From positions 52,576,001-52,640,000 of the forward strand of contig OZ024741.1 of assembly GCA_964016885.1 (NCBI GenBank): a stretch of DNA of 64,000 bases, written 5' to 3'. A program made the translations under genes and the position numbers. Source of the stretch: Eledone cirrhosa (taxonomy: Eukaryota). Positions 1 through 12,530 of this stretch are shown one piece after another (within the stretch, counting starts at the first letter, position 1; every line of letters starts with the position of its first letter). The notes beneath the pieces were generated by a model. That model had not been told where the DNA came from. It worked only from the letters and a program-made list of their open reading frames with translations, and searched no databases.

Positions 1-133
1 ACCTATGCGTCTTGCAAATGTCATCAAAGAACTGAGAAACACACACATGTATATATGATGCCCGGGTTAAATCGGAGGTAATAACAGTAAGGTACTCAAT
101 ATATTAGTAGAGTGTATACAACAAAATTTGTTT

Positions 134-571
<438 letters not shown>

Positions 572-896
572 TAGATATGTTTCTTTTATTTGCCACAAGG
601 GCATCAAAAGTGGGACAAGTACAATGGGGGGAGTTTACAAAACAAGGCGTCCTCAATAGGGAGGAGGCAATAACAATATATAAAAATAAAATAAAATATA
701 ACAAAAAATAGAATTATAACAAAATCCTCAATAGAGGATTTTGTTATAAAATATAACAAAAAATAAAATTTATAACAAAATCCTCAATAGAGAGGAGGCG
801 CCTTGGGGGGTCGCACACACCCCCGAAAAATGTGTGCAACCCTTTTCCTCAGGAGCACAGAGAGGGGGTGCTCCCTCGTTCCTTCCTCTTTTCCAC

Positions 897-3524
897 CTAC
901 AGGCTCATGTAAAGAGAAGGCCCATTCACACGGGCCATTCTCGCCACTTTCACCCACCTTTCATAAAAACGACTGGGGTGCAGCACCTCTCTCTCCATCC
1001 TGATCCTTCTTCCGAAATGATATCGGAAGAAACGGACCAGTTGTTGGCCAGAGAGAAAGGTGCCTGACCTCAGTCCTTTCAGACGCGTCCACCATACAAC
1101 CTCTTTCGCCATGGCTATTACGCACAGAAACACCGCCTCTGCTTCATCTTTGAAGGGGGGAGGCGGTTTGATCATTACAATAGACTCGGTGGTCAACCGG
1201 ATCGGTCCCACCCTTGACAGCAGTTGTTCGACATAGCCCCACAGATCGGCTACGCCCGAGCAGTGTACCAATGCGTGTGCAACGGTTTCCTCGTCGCACA
1301 CGCATCTGGGACAGATCTTTTTGGCGGGGTCCCTACCCGGGCGCCCGTGTCTGTAGAGCCTTTCTCGAACGGGTAAAGCTCCTCGGTAGCACTGCCAGGC
1401 CAGGGACTTCTGGAAGTTGTCCATAGGTCCCGGGCTGAATGTCCTACCGAACAGGCTGGCCAGTTCGTCCTCCTCCATGTCTAGGGCTTCTCCGAGGGCG
1501 TCGTCGCACCTGCTGCGTACCAGCCCTCTATAGAATGTTGCGGTGGAGTCTCCAGTGATAACCGGATCCGCCTGCCAGAGGGCAATGAGCGCCTGGGCAC
1601 ACTCAGTGTGCCAGGCGTCCAGTTTTCTCGGTCTTTGCTTGACCCAGGATTGCAGCTCGGTGAGTGAGACGAGTCTGGGAAAGGTTCGTCTCACAAACGA
1701 GGCCCACACCGGTTGTCCGGTGAGGAATACGTAGAGGTGCCGTAGCCTTAATGCGTGTTTACGCATCATTAGCCACGGCATCCCCAGCTCTCCTTTCGAA
1801 GGGTGTTGACAGCAGATGGATCTCCTCACCATAGGAGCCCGCCTCTTCCAAAGGAATTGGAAGAGCGCGCGCTCCATCTTGGTGAGGGTTTCCCTTGGGC
1901 AGGGCACTACGGTCAGGCGGTAGTAGATGACGGACGCTATGTAGGTGTTCGCCACCTCCGCCCGACCTTTCAGGGATAGTTTGCAACTGGCCCACTTCTG
2001 GGTCAGTGCAAACACCCTGTTCGTAACCTCCGCCCAGTTTTTCTCCACCTGGAGGTCCGGTCCGAACCAGACCCCGAGCAACTTCACCGGGCCCTCCGTC
2101 CAGCGTCCGACGACGCCATCGGAGGGCATCGGTCTGCCCCTCCACGTGCCGAGTTGCAAACCGATCGACTTGTCCCGGTTCAGCTTAGCTCCTGTGAACT
2201 TTTCGTACTCCTCCAGTAAGGTGCCGACCGCCTCGATTTCGGAGGCCGTCGACACCATTACTGTCACGTCATCGGCGTAGGCCGACACCGCTTTCCGCAA
2301 TCCCGGTTCCAAAGGGATGCCCTGCAACAACTCCAACTTCCGCAGTAGTGGCTCGAGAGTCAACACATACAGAAGGGAGGAGAGAGGGCACCCTTGTCGG
2401 ATGGACCGCGCGATTTTGAACGGCTCCGAGAGGTAGCCGTTCACCTTGACCCTAGAGCAGATGCGACTGCTGTGCATAGCAGTGATCCAGCCCCTGAAAA
2501 CGGGTCCGAAGCCTGCCGCCGCTAGCACCGCATCCAGGTAACCATGGTCGACCCTATCGAACGCCTTAGATTGATCCAAGTTGATCAGAGCCCCACCAAA
2601 GCCGGGTTCGTTCCCAACCCTCTCTATGATGTATCGCATGAGGTGGAGGTTGTCATGGATGGACTTGGACGGGATAGCGCATGTCTGCGCATCTCCCACC
2701 AGGTCTCCCACGACAAGCGCCAACCTCTTTGCTAGCACCTTGGCCAAAATCTGTAACTCTGTATTTAGCAGAGTTATGGGCCTGAAGTTACTTATTTCGT
2801 CCCCCTTGTTCTCGTCCTTCCTCACTAGCGTGACTACGCCCTTGGTCACAGTACAGGGAATTCTCCCGTTCTGTTGCCAGTTGCAGTAGACCGCCTCGAG
2901 GAGATCGGGGAACAAGTCCGGCATAGCTAGATATAATTCGTAAGGAAGACCATCGAGACCCGGGGATTTGCGTTTGCCGCATTGGCTCAGCACGTCCTCT
3001 ATCTCAGCGGCCGAAATCGGCTCCTCGCAGCACTTCGCCTCCCTGTCCGAGAGGCGCGGCAGGCCGTCGAGGTATGGACCGAAGTCCACGTTCCCAACCG
3101 GCTCCCCGCCCCTCCCGAACAGTCGGGCAAAGTGCCTTTGAAAGGCCTCACACATCTGCTTAGGCTCAAGAATCGCCCGTCCATCCAGGTCTCGCAAAGA
3201 CCGGATGGTGGATTTAGTTCCACTGTTGGCCTCTGTCACGCGGGCCCAGCTAACAGCTTTGGTCCCCTCGTTCCCTAGAGCACGTATTTTACTTCGGACA
3301 ACGCAACCTTCGTGCTTCGCGTCGAAAAACTGGCTCAAAGCCGTTCTCGACGCTAGCACTCTGGCCACGTCGCCGCTTCTAATTGCCTCTTCTACTCTAT
3401 CTATTAGCTCCCTTTCCTTCCTATTCCTATCCGCAGCTAGAACCTTACTAAATTCTATCGAGACTACTCTAATCTCTCTCTTTAGAGATACCCACCACCT
3501 GCTGTTGACGATCGCTCCAGTCAA
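897..3524 (-). CDS. Tx1-like ORF2 (RT plus C-terminal CCHC/zf-RVT), open for 875 aa but with the endonuclease lost
   Basis: KSPGLDG, NFRPITLLN, LDQSKAFDRV, RQGCPLS, YADD, CPRC..ETVAHALVHC motifs. Confidence 0.93.
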   Translation of the reverse strand: MTGAIVNSRWWVSLKREIRVVSIEFSKVLAADRNRKERELIDRVEEAIRSGDVARVLASRTALSQFFDAKHEGCVVRSKIRALGNEGTKAVSWARVTEANSGTKSTIRSLRDLDGRAILEPKQMCEAFQRHFARLFGRGGEPVGNVDFGPYLDGLPRLSDREAKCCEEPISAAEIEDVLSQCGKRKSPGLDGLPYELYLAMPDLFPDLLEAVYCNWQQNGRIPCTVTKGVVTLVRKDENKGDEISNFRPITLLNTELQILAKVLAKRLALVVGDLVGDAQTCAIPSKSIHDNLHLMRYIIERVGNEPGFGGALINLDQSKAFDRVDHGYLDAVLAAAGFGPVFRGWITAMHSSRICSRVKVNGYLSEPFKIARSIRQGCPLSSLLYVLTLEPLLRKLELLQGIPLEPGLRKAVSAYADDVTVMVSTASEIEAVGTLLEEYEKFTGAKLNRDKSIGLQLGTWRGRPMPSDGVVGRWTEGPVKLLGVWFGPDLQVEKNWAEVTNRVFALTQKWASCKLSLKGRAEVANTYIASVIYYRLTVVPCPRETLTKMERALFQFLWKRRAPMVRRSICCQHPSKGELGMPWLMMRKHALRLRHLYVFLTGQPVWASFVRRTFPRLVSLTELQSWVKQRPRKLDAWHTECAQALIALWQADPVITGDSTATFYRGLVRSRCDDALGEALDMEEDELASLFGRTFSPGPMDNFQKSLAWQCYRGALPVRERLYRHGRPGRDPAKKICPRCVCDEETVAHALVHCSGVADLWGYVEQLLSRVGPIRLTTESIVMIKPPPPFKDEAEAVFLCVIAMAKEVVWWTRLKGLRSGTFLSGQQLVRFFRYHFGRRIRMEREVLHPSRFYERWVKVARMARVNGPSLYMSL

Positions 3525-3536
3525 CCGTTCCTTAAC

Positions 3537-3849
3537 TTAATCTAGTCGATATCTATCGGCCAGGTCAAATCGACCGATTAACCCTTTGAGGCTATTACGC
3601 CCCTCTCTATCGGGGCAGGCCCCTACGTAGTCCCAGCGTGCATCTAGGATACCATTCCAGTCCCCCACTAATAGCAAGGAGCGGGACGTCCCTAGAAAAG
3701 TCTCCAGACGATGGAAGAAGTCCGGCCGCATTGACCCGAAAGGGCCGTAGGCGGCTACCAACCTAAACGCTCCGCCTTTACCACTGCCAAGGTCCAGAAC
3801 CACTAGTCGACCCTCCGGGTCCAAATGTACCATCTGTGTTGCGAGACCT
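3537..3849 (-). pseudogene. APE endonuclease fragment of Tx1 copy A
   Basis: DPEGRLVVLD..FRLVAAYGP..LLVGDWNG. Joined to the rest of ORF2 across a ~260-bp deletion relative to copy C. Confidence 0.85.
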
Positions 3850-3925
3850 ATATATATAGATAGATTTCTTTATTAGCCACAGGTAGATAGATAAATATAC
3901 ACGGGTGTGTATGATTGTGTATAGA

Positions 3926-4190
<265 letters not shown>

Positions 4191-4333
4191 TATCTATATA
4201 TCCATATCTATATATTATGCATATATATAGTTATATATATATATATATATACAAAGGTTATATTTAATTTGTTGGAATTCAACAAACTTCAAAGTCTTTT
4301 ATATATATATACATATGTATATATACATATCTA

Positions 4334-4954
4334 TCTACTACTAAAATTCTGTGATTGCTTGCCTGCCTACTTGCTTGCCTGCTTGCTTGCTTGTCTGTAA
4401 TGTAATACAGCCAAAAAGGTGCATAATGGGAAAATACTTTGAAGGAAATTTGTCCCTGAAGTGGGAATACAAATGGAATAAAACAAGTTTCGCGTCAATC
4501 GGACCACGGGGTCCTGAGATGCGGGGTTTTGTGGGTACCTTCATAAATAAAGAGAGAGAGAAGGATAGAGAGAAAGAGATAGCCGTTGTGAGTGAGAAAC
4601 ATAGAGAGGGAGACAGAGAAGGAGAATAGAATAGAGAGAGAGGAGAGAGAGATAGCTGGTGGAACTGTGCATATATATATATGTGAGTGTGTCTATGACC
4701 AGTGTATGTAGATATAGAGACACCCACATATATATATATATAAACACACATACAAATACATATATATATGTGTACTTACACACATTTATATATATATATA
4801 CACACACCTATATACATATATGGGTCTTCCAGTTTCATTTCACATTATATACATGTCTGTATATTTTGATTATTTAAAAATCATTTTTAAGTGACCATGT
4901 TCTAAAAAAAATATTTTGAAGTGAACGTGACCCAACGGGTCATGGGTGGTCTAG
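4334..4954 (+). mobile_element. Non-autonomous Helitron
   Basis: 5' TC after A. 3' hairpin GTGACCC-AAC-GGGTCAT (4927-4943), then CTAG (4951-4954) followed by T. Internal (GCTT)n near the 5' end. Confidence 0.7.
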
Positions 4955-4966
4955 TATATATATATA

Positions 4967-5080
4967 TAAGTTGAAATAGGATGAAACGAAATTTCATTTC
5001 TCACTCTTATACGGCACTTACTTAAATGTAAGTACGTATGTATACGTACATACATATATGTATACAGACGTACAGTAGTA

Positions 5081-5150
<70 letters not shown>

Positions 5151-5767
5151 CAGGTACACATATATATATGTACGTACCAGTTTAGCGGACGTTTATTATA
5201 ACGCCCTCTTTGTACGTTTGTAAACAAACGGACAGCCTGATTTATGCCGTACGGTGTTAAGGCAACCACGTCACCTTTTTGTTCAACACTGACACAGGAA
5301 CGATGTACTAGTTTCAAGCTTCTTAGCTATCATCACCACCGTATACCCTTCTGCCAGATGGTTCAACGTTCGAAAGTATATACTTTCCTTATGAAAATTA
5401 ACGGCTGAGCAGCCTAATTTGCATATCGAGTGAGTTCAGTCGGCCAGGCGCACCGAAAACGATAAGTTGAAATAGGATGAAACGAAATTTCATTTCTCAC
5501 TCTTAGTACGGCACTTACATATATATATATATATATACATACAGGTACACATATATATATGTACGTATCAGTTTAGCGGACGTTTATTATAATGCCCTCT
5601 TTGTCCGTTTGTAAACAAACGGACAGCCTGATTTATGCCGTACGGTGTTAAGGCAACCACGTCACCTTTTTGTTCAACACTGACACAGGAGCGATGTACT
5701 AGGTTTCAAGCGGGCGTTATAATATACGTCCGCTAAACTGATACGTACATATATATATGTGTACCTG

Positions 5768-5811
<44 letters not shown>

Positions 5812-5861
5812 TACTACTGTACGTCTGTATACATATATGTATGTACGTATACATACATACT

Positions 5862-5865
<4 letters not shown>
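4967..5865. mobile_element. Penelope-like pLTR cluster (partial tandem plus inverted copies); same family as 34.7-36.0 kb
   Basis: 4967-5020 repeats at 5463-5518; 5148-5310 repeats at 5538-5700; inverted piece at 5712-5865; hammerhead fold at 5301-5341. Confidence 0.65.
5301..5341 (-). ncRNA. Minimal type-I hammerhead ribozyme, C3G core variant (probably inactive)
   Basis: CGGTG-GTGATGA-TAGCT AAGA AGCTT-GAAA-CTAG-TA-CATCG. Confidence 0.65.
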
Positions 5866-5918
<53 letters not shown>

Positions 5919-6618
5919 TAGACCATATATATATTACGTATAGACATATCTTCTCACACTCACACACACTCACATACTTAAACCTTCATGCATTCTCCCA
6001 CACACTTAAACAGGCATGTACAAAAAAAACTTTTAAAGGAAGACTACTCTTTATCCACCTAACCTTAACTCTTTGACATTTGAGATAGAACAGATACTCT
6101 ATACCATTTCCTGTCAGCATGACTTGGCAAGCTATTTAGAACACTCGTTTAACCACTTTACTTCCCTCCGAAGAAGAGATATTATTTCAAAAATTAAGGA
6201 CATTTAAATAAATCTAAGGTAAAAGACTAATTGTCAACAATATCTTTTGAATTTTCATTCTTTTTTCTATCTCCATACCTGCATTGTTTTGGCTTTATTA
6301 TACATATACAAACGTTTATATATATATATATATATGGTATTAAGGATACTATTTATGGTTATGTATATACTAAAACCTTTCATAGTTATATATATTTTAA
6401 ACCCTAAATAGTGAAAGACAGTAATTTATTACTACCTTATTACCAGTAAGATAAATAGCTCAATGTAACAACATCAGTTGTTCTACAGAGCAGTTATATA
6501 GAAATTACATGAATCAAAGTTCTGTTTAAACCATTTATTCGCTTACAATTGTTTCTTCCAAACCGAGGTTTGGATTCTTCGGAGCAATTTTTCAATGATT
6601 TTTTTATATACTTGACCT

Positions 6619-6785
6619 CCTTTCCAACACAAGAGACATATAGAAACATATGTATATATTGATGCACAGTGGGTTGACATCCATTATAATAATATAGCAT
6701 GCCATGCTATATTATTATAATGGATGTCAACCCACTGTGCATCAATATATACATATGTTTCTGTATGTCTGTTGTGTTGGAAAGG
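6619..6785. repeat. Near-perfect palindrome (~80-bp arms)
   Basis: Centre ...AATATAGCATG C CATGCTATATT... at ~6701. Confidence 0.92.
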
Positions 6786-7074
6786 TAGACATCATAAAAA
6801 GGTAATTTATTCTGTGTGCTTACAAATGTTTCCACGGTGGTTATACTGCTTAGTTATGGTATGTGCAAATTTATAACTATTTGCAAAACTCAATTATCAA
6901 ATGCTGTGACCACTGTATCATCAGATTCTGCTCTGATGATACAGTGATCACAGCATTTGATAATTGAGTTTTGCAAATAATTATAAATCTGCACATAGCA
7001 TAACTCCGCTGTATAACCACCGTAGAAACATTTGTAAGCACACAGAATAAATTACCTTTTTATGATGTCTACCT
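6783..7074. repeat. Foldback inverted repeat (~140-bp arms, ~6-nt spacer) of a Penelope-like pLTR
   Basis: AGGTAGACATC...TCATCAGA / TCTGATGA...GATGTCTACCT. Confidence 0.92.
6929..7040 (+). ncRNA. Type-I hammerhead ribozyme with long stem II
   Basis: TGCT-CTGATGA-TACAGTG...CACCGTA-GAAA-CATTTG-TA-AGCA; GUA cleavage triplet. Confidence 0.7.
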
Positions 7075-7158
7075 GTTATTATTCATTCTTTATATATATA
7101 TATGTATGTATTTATATATATATATATACACTGAAAGAGATATAGATGAAGAGAAAGG

Positions 7159-7209
<51 letters not shown>

Positions 7210-7370
7210 TGAGAGAGAAAGAAAGAGAGAGATGGAGAGAGAGAGGAAGAGAGAGAGAGAGAGACAGAGAGAGAGAGAGATGCGTTCTGGTGTTTGTAAA
7301 CATATATATTAATTATTTTTATGATTAACGAGCCCCAATTCAGATTTTTTATTGTTTTGCTTAAAATTCG

Positions 7371-7457
<87 letters not shown>

Positions 7458-7459
<2 letters not shown>

Positions 7460-8470
7460 CGAAGGAAATGTGGTAAGGAACCAGGTGGACCATAACACAC
7501 CAAAGTACTCAATACTTAGGGTAGTAGAGTGGGTAATAGGAACAAGTAAGACTCCGACGGCTGAGCTGAAGCCATTTCGACGGCTAATTCTGGACTGAAT
7601 GAAAATTTATTCTGGTATTTAAATAGCCGAGCTTATCAAGGGGTAATTCCATATATGGTCAAAGAGATAATCACCAGGATTGGTCACATCACAAGATAGT
7701 AGTAAATCTGTGATGGCAAATTGGTGGGGGAAGGGGTAGCTGAACCTGCCGGTTCCCTGAATTATATTCTCGTACTAGTTTACTTTCTTGCTCTTGGTGG
7801 TTGCTGGCCCTGTGATTGGGGTAGAAACCTTCATTATTTTCGTGGTAGTCTCTTTAGTATTTTGCCCCCCCCCCCCCCCCTTTGTTGACCCGTCACCGTA
7901 CGATACACGCACTTATACCTCGTATAAGGGTCCCTTTATTTCCGTCCCACCTAGTTTATTTTTATTTATTTTTTTAATTCTTCATTATATATATATTTTT
8001 TAAAATTTATTTATCTATTCTTTTATTCACTTATTTGTTTATTTATTTATTTATGTATTTTTTTAGCCTAGCAATAGCGAGAGACTTAAGTCTTAGTAAC
8101 CAGACTTCGCTTATTTTTTTTTTTTCTCTCTCAGTACTTTTTATAGTTTTACCCTTTATTGTTCTACTTACCGTTTCGCTTTCCTCCCCTCCCCCTCCCC
8201 AGTATCCTCTTTGACCTCACACCCAGCTGTAGCCGGCACTACCAACGCATGAATGGGTCTACTCCACCCCCTCTCCCTTTTTCTCTTACCGGCAGGTTCA
8301 GCTACCCCTTCCCCCACCAATTTGCCATCACAGATTTACTACTAACTTATGATGTGACCAATCCTGGTGATTGTCTCTTTGACCATATATGGAATTACCC
8401 CTTGATAAGCTCGGCTATTTAAATACCAGAATAAATTTTCATTCAGTCCAGAATTAGCCGTCGAAACGGT
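7458..8470. mobile_element. Penelope-like element remnant with inverted pLTRs
   Basis: 7575-7752 is inverted at 8289-8467. Degenerate hammerhead core (TTGATAA...GAAA). Related pieces at 18195-18335 and 18635-18725. Confidence 0.6.
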
Positions 8471-8521
8471 ATATATATATACGATATTAACAAATGGAAA
8501 CTATATTTATAAAACCATATT

Positions 8522-8586
8522 TATTTCATTATACATATTTCAAGGATACCAAGTTGAATTATGGTATGCCTTCATCAGACAAAATA
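8522..8586 (-). ncRNA. Type-I hammerhead ribozyme
   Basis: TATTTTGT-CTGATGA-AGGCATACCA..TGGTATCCTT-GAAA-TATGTA-TA-ATGAAATA; 8-bp stem I. Confidence 0.8.
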
Positions 8587-8749
8587 CAATATATATCAGT
8601 TTTATAAATAAGCATTGACGTACCCTTTCAAAATGTATATATATATATATCATTAGCAATTGTAAAGACCAACGAAAACATTGTTTCTTCGGTCCAATTT
8701 GACGAAAGTTGATCGGCTGTCGATATATATATGTATATATATATATGCG

Positions 8750-8799
<50 letters not shown>

Positions 8800-9184
8800 C
8801 GGACATTGTAACTTCCCCGGACACACACAACACACACAGTCACAGTACGTCTTGTGACAAAGAAAGAGAGAAAGAGACGCAAGGTTGAGGAAAGGGCAGA
8901 GTTAAACAGTGTGTAAAGAATAAATAAATAAAAGTTAAAGTTATCGAACGCTGCTATCATTTTCCCCCCTCCCCAATCCCCCCCACTCTCTTTCTTTCTT
9001 TCTCAACCCATTAGATATGCCTTTAAGTAAAGGGGGGCGGGGAGAATCCAAAAGGTCTCTGGACCAGTGTCGAAACGTTAAGACCCTCTTCCTGCTTTTT
9101 CAAGCGTTAACCTAATGTGTTCTTTCCATATACTGTACCGGTGTGTTGTTATTTCTATTTACCTTTTACACACACACACACACA

Positions 9185-9229
<45 letters not shown>

Positions 9230-9243
9230 ATGTGTGTGTGTAT

Positions 9244-9308
<65 letters not shown>

Positions 9309-9367
9309 ATGAAGTAGAAGGCAATAAATAAGGTTATACCTATACCCCATTAATATTTATGACGGAC

Positions 9368-9439
9368 AGCCGTTATACGTCTTTCCATGGTAACTGTTAC
9401 GTAATTTTAAACCTCCAGATACGATTTCATCAGACAGCT
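9368..9439 (-). ncRNA. Type-I hammerhead ribozyme, degenerate stems
   Basis: AGCTGT-CTGATGA-AATCGTATCTG..CAGTTACCATG-GAAA-GACGTA-TA-ACGGCT. Confidence 0.6.
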
Positions 9440-9523
9440 CTCATCTGCAATATATATATATATATATATATAAACAAGTAATGTAAGTCAACAGGTTAAA
9501 ATTAACTTAGTTTATTCATATTC

Positions 9524-9583
9524 GCTACAATATATATTTTCGGTGATAACCATTATTCAACAGCTATGACCTCATCAGGCAGC
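9524..9583 (-). ncRNA. Type-I hammerhead ribozyme
   Basis: GCTGC-CTGATGA-GGTCATAGCTGTT..AATGGTTATCACC-GAAA-ATATATA-TT-GTAGC; one extra base in stem III. Confidence 0.65.
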
Positions 9584-10197
9584 TAGAACTTGAACAGAAA
9601 AAGCTACAATGCTAGCGCAATATGAGTGGTAGTTTTTCACTTGTTTAAACCACTGCCACTAAGATCAATTAGGTCACCTAGACCAGAACACCCGTATTTT
9701 CTAGGTATATACAGTTATAATAGCTGGTTGTTAAAAACTACCCAATCAAACTGACCTGTTTCAAGGACAACTGACCTACTAAATTCAATAGACTTGGTAC
9801 TGGAGTTTTAAGATAGTATCTAACTAATGAGTGGAAGACATATTCTTCGGATGTTTGAATTCGTTCATTCTAATTCCCATGCTACCAGTTCTTTGAGAAA
9901 ACAACCCCACACTTCGGAACTGGGCATATCAACGAAATAACGGAGGTAAACTTTGTTCTACTATTATGTTTTCCTGTTTTTTCTGCTAAGAACCTGCAGA
10001 TAGAAATGTTAATAAATACATTTGGCTTGGGTAAACTTCAAGATATTCTTTCATTGTAGGTTTCTTTTCTCAGCCAGTACGTTAAAGAAAATTGATAGTT
10101 ACAACAATAAAGGTTGAACAGAGAACAAATTTTTAACAAACTTTACAATAATTTGTACAACCATAATGGAAATTCCAAGTAACAGAAAATATATAAA

Positions 10198-10385
10198 TTA
10201 CATTGTTGGAGCCTCAGAGTATACAATATTTTTTGTTCGGCCCTTGGGAGCAAAGATGAAGAGATTGTTTGGCGAGCTCACTCTAGAGTATCCTACATAC
10301 AATTGACTATGGTTTTCCCAGATGAAGGCCAGCTACTTTTAGGATTTGACCCTGAGTTTTGATGGTAATCGCGAAGCTTAGTCTT
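10198..10385 (-). pseudogene. Helitron Pif1-like helicase C-terminal remnant
   Basis: With frameshifts translates to RLSFAITIKTQGQILKVAGLHL..SQLYVGYSRVSSPNNLFIFAPKGRTKNIVYSE, matching helicase motifs V/VI and the T.NIVY.E tail. Confidence 0.8.
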
Positions 10386-10398
10386 TCTGTTGCTCTAG

Positions 10399-10637
10399 TA
10401 ACATTTTTTCTTTTGGAAAATCTGATCTTGCGGCCAGGCTAGGACTTTTTGGGTGGCATATCGGCAGTAACAATGACAATAAGCCGTCTGTGCTTTCGTG
10501 AAATAAATACGTTTGTTATAACATTTTTTCTTCTGGAAAATCTGATCTTGAGGCCAGGCTAGGACTTTTTGGGTGGCATATCGGCAGTAACAATGACGAT
10601 AAGCCGTCTGTGCTTTCGTTAAATAAATACGTTTGTT
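10399..10637. repeat. Tandem duplication, 2 x 120 bp
   Basis: ACATTTTTTCTT.TGGAAAATCTGATCTTG.GGCCAGGCTAGG starts at 10401 and 10521. Confidence 0.95.
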
Positions 10638-10799
10638 TATATTTTGTTTTTGTGTATGCAAAAATATCTGTACACGAATATATAATTATATATATATATA
10701 TTAAAATAACAGATTAAAGTTTAAGCAAATAATCGTTGCTTTCACCCTTAACGGGATCTTCTGAAACTAAAAAAATTAATCTGTGAACGCAAAAGTAAA

Positions 10800-11079
10800 T
10801 ATTTCGAAAAAACGTTGCAACCGAAAGAAAACAGGAAGATGTTACTTTGGTTCGTGAAGACGTTAGGAATGTCGTATAACCGGAAGTGTTGACATTTTAA
10901 AATGTTAAAGAAGTGAATATTTAAATAATGTCTTTAATCTTTTAACAAAATTCAGTAGACAAAAATACCCTCACTTTCTTACTTGGAAAAAGTTACATCT
11001 ATGGTACAAATTTGGTGCCGTTTGGTCCAGCCGCTTGGCGGAAAGTTTGTTACTTACATACAGATGTCAGCTTTATAGT

Positions 11080-11085
<6 letters not shown>
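10800..11085 (-). mobile_element. Helitron-like 5' end, probably the same element as the helicase remnant
   Basis: Resembles non-autonomous Helitron ends (CAAATTTGGT..CGTTTGGTCCAGCCG..ACATACAGAT..CTTTATA); by-eye similarity only. Confidence 0.4.
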
Positions 11086-11135
<50 letters not shown>

Positions 11136-11631
11136 CTATAAAGTATGCGAACGAAACCCGAGGGTAGAAACGTAATCCTGGTATGTGTATATGCATTTCC
11201 TCTAACTTTAATTTTATACCTAATTGTGTATGGTTGTCGGTATATTTAATCGATTTCCACGTGCTGTTGAAATGTTGGGTAAATATTCTATGGCGATTGG
11301 CCGCGAAGAGATTGCTGACGTTTATTTATCTACTATTTCTTCATAGGTGCCTTTTAATCTTATAGCCTGGTCTAATTGATATTTTGTGTGGTTAATTATG
11401 CTAATTGGGAGAGGAAATGGTGTATATATATTATCAAATGATTATATGGATTATACTTTATAGTATATTGCTCTGATTATTTAATTTATTAATTCATCAT
11501 TGAGCCACATCGTGAATGGTTGCCAAAACATATATATCTGTGACTTTGTCTAGTTTGTGTATATATATATATATATCGTTAGCAAGATTCTTTATCTGAA
11601 AACGTGTGTTGAAACCGATATTGTTATACCA

Positions 11632-11674
11632 GTCACTGAAGAGGTCACAGAATGTGTGACTAAAGAACTTTGAC
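11632..11674 (+). ncRNA. Degenerate hammerhead (GAAA mutated to TAAA); homolog at 32817-32859 (-)
   Basis: GTCA-CTGAAGA-GGTCACA GAATG TGTGAC-TAAA-GAAC-TT-TGAC. Confidence 0.45.
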
Positions 11675-11820
11675 AATATATAAACAATTATCTGGTTGTG
11701 GAATCAACCAACCAACCGGAAATTTATAAATTCCTAAATTTATAAATTTATTATAATAAATTGAAGTGAAAGCAACTGGTGTGTGTGTTTCTTATTGGCA
11801 ACACGACCGTTCCAAAGTAT

Positions 11821-11901
<81 letters not shown>

Positions 11902-12496
11902 GTTAGTGTTATTTTCTAATTTGCAGTTGGTGTTTGATGCTTAGACATAATGCCGGAGATTTGAATAGAGCAACCGCCTTTGTATTTGTTACGATTATTA
12001 ATATGTGTTTTTATTAGAGCTATTGTCGGTCATGTATTGTTGTTATGCTCTTGTCGTTTATGTTGTTATTGTTTTGTTGTGGTTGTTACTGTCGTTTGGT
12101 TTGATATGATTGGCTATGTCCAACATATTCCAGTTATATTTGTTAATCTTACTTGATCCTGTTCCTAAATTCGTTTGCTGTTTTTCTTGTTTTTGTTGAT
12201 GTTTTTTGTTATTGTAGTTGTATTGTTGCTGCAGCTGTTGCTGCAGCTGTTGTTGTTGTTGTTGTTGTTGTTGTTGTAGTTGCATTATTGTTGTTAGTGT
12301 TCTTATTGTTGATGTTGTTGTATATCATCATCCTCAATCTCTTAGCGTTCATTTCTAGTAGGTCATTTCTGTGTGTGTTTATGATTGATAAAAGTGTATG
12401 TATGTATGTATATGCAAATATGTGTATGTATGTATATATATATATATATGGATACATATATATGGATATATATATATATAAATATGACTTATATAT

Positions 12497-12530
<34 letters not shown>

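Larger units (their letters stand above)
578..3849 (-). mobile_element. Tx1-clade (L1 superfamily) non-LTR retrotransposon copy A, 5'-truncated
   Basis: Partial APE endonuclease (LVGDWNG), RT and C-terminal Cys/His domain. 3' end TGTGGCAAATAAAAGAAACAT runs into ATCTATCT. Homologous throughout to the copies at 37.6-48.4 kb. Confidence 0.93.

Noticed and set aside
6160-6260. Hammerhead-like CCGAAGA-AGAGATATT..AATATCTTTT-GAAT
   Set aside because: No GAAA, stem III or stem I partner; too degenerate.
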